Shown: positions 60,171 through 64,000 of the stretch, in pieces
Position numbering within the stretch: position 1 is the first letter of the stretch
How the letters are laid out: every line of letters starts with the position of its first letter
Position numbers and translations under genes: made by a program
NCBI GenBank assembly: GCA_054600435.1
Contig: BAAIJX010000058.1
Coordinates: forward strand, 1 to 64,000
Direction: 5' to 3'
Length of the DNA: 64,000 nucleotides
From: Neophaeotheca triangularis
Taxonomy: Eukaryota
The notes under the pieces: model-generated
The model's input: the letters and a program-made list of their open reading frames with translations, nothing else
Database searches by the model: none
What the model was told of the DNA's origin: nothing

Positions 60171-61146
60171 CTACACCATTACCGTGGTCATCAAAAATTG
60201 TGGGTTTGCAGTCAGTCGTTCCTTGAGGCTGAGAAGCTCATCAACGTCCCATTGCGCCCACACGTAACGCCCAGAGAGGAACTTGGCTTCTGCGCTGGCC
60301 AACCAGACGGCAAAGTCGCCGGGGAGGCTTGCTACGGCACGGTGTCAGCCACATACGATCAAACGGACTGTAAGAAGGATCACCGCAGCCTACCATCTTC
60401 CCAAACTACGACGTCCCGGTCAAAAAGCTGGGATGCCCATGGGGTATAGACGACGCCGGGGTGGAAAGTCTGTATGACAGCGTTGTCATCCGCGTACTCC
60501 ATGGCCAAGTGTTGGATGACTTGATTCATGGCGGCTTTGGACGGGCCATATGCTGAGTCGTTGGCACTACCAGTCTGGCATCTAGCGGAAGACGTGTAGA
60601 TCACGGTCCTTGGTTTGCCCGGCTCCAGAGCGAGAAACTCTTTGATCAAGTGCCAGCTACTGACGACGTTGAGATTGAAAGTGTCGCGAAAGACTTCGGT
60701 GGGCATGTCTTTTGCCGCCATTTCCCCAGGGCCAATGCCAGCATTCGCGACCAGGACGTCGATCTTGCCAATCTCCTTGAGGATGGAGGAGATGCGCTCA
60801 AAGTCCGTGACCGAAGCGGCACGAGTGGTGACTTTCAAGCTTGGAAAGTCGGTCGCAAGGGATTCCCTCACTTTGTCCAGGACTTTCTGTCTGCGCTGGA
60901 TGATGATGACATACTCGACGCCGGCTTTGGCGAAAGATTGAGTGATGCCGAAGCCAATGCCAGTGGCTGGGGGTGGTTAGTACTCGCCAAACGGAGCTTC
61001 TCGGTCAGCCTACCAACCTCCGGCTGTGATCAAGACTGTCTTTCCTGTTCCATCGAATGTCTGTAAAGGCGAAATGCGATCATAAGTCGTATGATGATAG
61101 GTTTTGATCTCGGTAGGCCAAGGAAAGTCAAGCTAGAAAGGTCCAT
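60171..61146 (-). pseudogene. short-chain dehydrogenase/reductase with an apparent 1-nt frameshift after codon 4; introns 61017-60967 and 60393-60332
   Basis: TVLITAG|ATGIGFG, DVLVANAG, YGPSK catalytic motif, [31 protein letters not shown]; the ATG at 61146 is out of frame with the body. Confidence 0.7.
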
Positions 61147-62310
61147 CTTCGCGAGTGTGGAATATTCAAGTCTTTCGGTTGGTGCAGTTGTTTTGAAGCA
61201 AAGGATGAGGGTTGCGATGATCTTTTACGCGATATCTGTGTCGAAGGGATAGAAACCGGCACTGAAGAATCAAGGCGTCTACTTATATAAGTTGGACGTG
61301 GACATATGGAAGGAGAATACGGCTGTATGGTAACCCCGTTCCTAGTCGTGTGATGAGACGTCGCGATGATTGTCTAGAGCTTACAAACATTCCGCAAGAT
61401 GACATGATATGTGCGAGATTCCAGCTGAGAGTGCATATGCGTGTCAGACATGGAATCCTTCGAGTAGATTGTAAAGCAGTCGACAATAGGCAAGCCTGGG
61501 AAGAGTAGTAGTAAGTTGAGGCATGTTGCGAAAGAGAGCGGAACGCGCAGCATAGATGACAACTTCGGCGGTGCAAGTCCGCTCGCAAGTGTAAGCAATA
61601 ATGTGTAAGCACACCGGAATGGGCCTTGGTCAAATGTCGCATGTTGGAGCCTGCATTGTTCAGATGACCATAGCATCCCAAGATGCTACAGGAGTTAGCT
61701 ATACCCCCTATCCCGACTTGTTAGCCTCGATCTTCTGAGAATAATCAATAATCAACATCTTTGGCAGTCCACCCGGCAAAATGTTTCGACGACGGCGAGA
61801 TTCTCGTAGCATCAAAGCCGCCGTATGACCACCAAACAGGCCTTGATAGACGTTCCATGTCCGCCTACGGCCCAAGCTGAACTACGTCTCGGCCGAAAGT
61901 GAAGCTGCCCTTCTAGCAACAGAGTCTATAGTAGCATTGCTTATTCGATGCGTTGTTGGTTGTATAAGAGCGATGCCGACGCCCTCCCCCAAATAGAAGA
62001 AAAGGTCCGTTTGGTACGGCCCTCCATGCCTTTCGTGTGGCCTCGCGAGCGGTGACCTGAGGGGCGAAGCTGCAGTCACCCGTCGAGCGTTGCGCGCGAT
62101 GTCTTGGGTGTTATGCCGATGCTACAAACGGGTTGCTTTTTGGACGTCGTGGCTCGCAGGTCGCAGATAAGTATGGACGAAGAGTTCCATCCAAACCTGT
62201 AAGTTGAAGTGGCAACTTTTAGAACGGTCGGTGGACAACGACAGTGTTTCGTCCCAGCCGAGAAAGACGCGCGAGTGCGAGTGCAATTGCAGTGGTTCCT
62301 GATCAGAGAA

Positions 62311-62460
62311 ATGGCGCCCTCGATCCCAAATCACGACTACTATTCCATCCTTGAGGTGACGCAAAGTGCTACTCGTGAGTTGATCACGAAGTCCTACAGA
62401 CGACTGGCGCTCGAACGTCATCCGGATCGCAAGAACGGCTCCACACAAGCGTTTCAGCTA
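62311..62460 (+). pseudogene. first exon of a J-domain (DnaJ) gene, truncated or interrupted in intron 1
   Basis: MAPSIPNHDYYSILEV...ITKSYRRLALERHPDRKNGSTQAFQL, then a GTACGT donor; the expected helix III/IV continuation is not found downstream. Confidence 0.8.
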
Positions 62461-62779
62461 GTACGTTTATCAATTTCGACTGTCGGCCATACTTACCTTG
62501 GGGACATTTCAGCGATTTCTGAAATTCGAATTCCGAGAACTTGGATTCTTGAATCTCTATATGTTTTACAGGACCGTTAACTATGGTGTTCTTCGTCTCA
62601 ATTCAGCGTACGCGGGGTTTTCAGCTTTATATACTTCCGTTTTTATTAACAACACCACTCTACGATTGCCGAGACAACTCGGTAAAGTCTAGACGAACTA
62701 GGGATAGCGAGACGACTCTTATCGAGATGACTCTACGATGTCGAGACTCCGTTGCATTGTAAGAGGTAAGGTAGTCATA

Positions 62780-63568
62780 TTTTAAGAGGTCGTCGCCGCA
62801 TTTTGAGAGGCCGTCGCATTTCGAGACATCGTTGTATTTCGAGAGGCTATCGTATTTTGAGACATCATCGTATTTCGAGAGGCCGTCGCCGCATTTCGAG
62901 AGGCGGTCGTCGTATTTTGAGAGGCCGTCACATTTCGAGAGGCCATCGCATTTCGAGAGGCCGTCGCCGTATTTCGAGACATCGTTACATTTCGAGAGGC
63001 CGTCGCCGCATTTTGAGACATCGTTGCATTTCAAGAGGCCGTTACATTTTAAGAGGCCGTCGTCGTATTTCAAGAGGCCGTTATCGCATCTTAAGAGGCC
63101 GTCGTATTTCGAGAGGCTATCGCATTTTAAGAGGCCGTTACATTTCGAGAGGCCGTCGTCGCATTTCGAGAGGCTATTATCGCATTTTTAGAGGCCGTCG
63201 CATTTCAAGAGGTAAGGTAGTCGCATTTCGAGAGGCCGTTACATTTCAAGAGGCCGTCGTCGCATTTTAAGAGGCCGTCGCATTTTAAGAGGTAAGGTAG
63301 TTACATTTCGAGAGGCTATCGCCATACTTTAAGAGGCCGTCGTCGCATTTCTAGAGGCCGTCGCATTTCGAGAGGCCGTCGTATTTTGAGAGGCCGCGGC
63401 CGCATTTTAAGAGGCTATCGTTATATTTCGAGAGGCCGTTACATTTTAAGAGGCTGTCGCATTTTAAGAGGCCGTCGCATTTTGAGATGTTATCGCATTT
63501 CAAGAGGCCGTTACCGCTTCTCGAGAGGCCGTCGTATTCCGAGAGGTCGTAGTCGCATTTCGAGAGAT
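62780..63568 (+). repeat. minisatellite array, consensus CGCATTTCGAGAGGCCGT(CGT), 18/21-bp units
   Basis: Dozens of consecutive units differing mainly by C>T and G>A changes. Confidence 0.95.
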
Positions 63569-63772
63569 TATAGTTGTACTAAGAGGTTTTAAGAGGGGTA
63601 TAGCCGACGGTTAGGTATAACTAGAACTTATATAACTATAACTTTGCAAAATAAATAAGAAGATTATAGTATACGTACGAACAAGGTACGAACGAGATTG
63701 CAATGTTTATAAAACAAAAGAGCAAAAGCGCGGAGAAATTCGAATTAAGACGAAAGACGCTATAGTTAACGG

Positions 63773-64000
63773 CGTCGCATTTCGAGAGGCCGTCGCATTT
63801 CAAGAGGCCGTTATCGCATTTCGAGAGGCTATTATCACATTTTAAGAGGCCGTTATATTTCGAGAGGCTATTATATTTTAAGAGGCTGTCGTCGCATTTT
63901 AAGAGGCCGCGAGTCATCGAATTTCGAGACATTGCTGTATTTCGAGAGGCCGTCGTATTTCGAGAGGCTGTCGTGTTTTGAGAGGCTGTCGCATTTTGAG
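63773..64000 (+). repeat. second block of the same minisatellite, running off the window
   Basis: Same unit and orientation, after a ~200-bp AT-rich spacer. Confidence 0.93.

Larger units (their letters stand above)
62497..64000. mobile_element. candidate left end of a large inserted element (continues past the window)
   Basis: Abrupt loss of the J-domain gene after TTAC (62493-62496), a shift to AT-richer repetitive sequence, a tandem array and an inverted repeat; no transposase or recombinase within the window. Confidence 0.5.

Noticed and set aside
61283..62080. Possible transcription-factor remnant
   Set aside because: No Zn2Cys6 or other diagnostic motif; unsupported.
62660..63932. Repetitive ORFs (HFERPS..., SKCDGL..., RRISRG...) and CRISPR-like appearance
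   Set aside because: Artefacts of 18/21-bp units open in several frames on both strands; no unique spacers, no cas genes, eukaryotic context.

Overview
Gene-dense euchromatic segment of a filamentous ascomycete genome. The short GT-AG introns with CTRAC branch points support this; the gene style suggests a Dothideomycete, which is inference only. It holds about 30 protein genes, mostly housekeeping: transketolase, SIN-pathway Cdc14, Bmt6, Pmp3, Kti12, GGPP synthase, Nhp2, Nth1, FAM32A, Dbp5, a Fat1-like acyl-CoA synthetase and two DUF202 proteins. There are also two intron-containing tRNA-Glu genes. The most notable signals are these. (1) At the right end a J-domain gene breaks off inside its first intron at a TTAC motif and is followed by a transition-mutated 18/21-bp tandem array with a 31-bp inverted repeat. 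This is a candidate terminus of a large mobile element (Starship-like; no recombinase is visible in the window). (2) A ~970-aa secreted or anchored protein is built from three tandem copies of an uncharacterised domain, separated by Kex2-like Arg sites. (3) An atypical kinase is fused to an ING-type PHD finger. (4) A recurring C-rich to G-rich skew switch occurs independently of gene strand. (5) Several genes carry single lesions or non-standard starts. No database searches were run; family names come from motif recognition.
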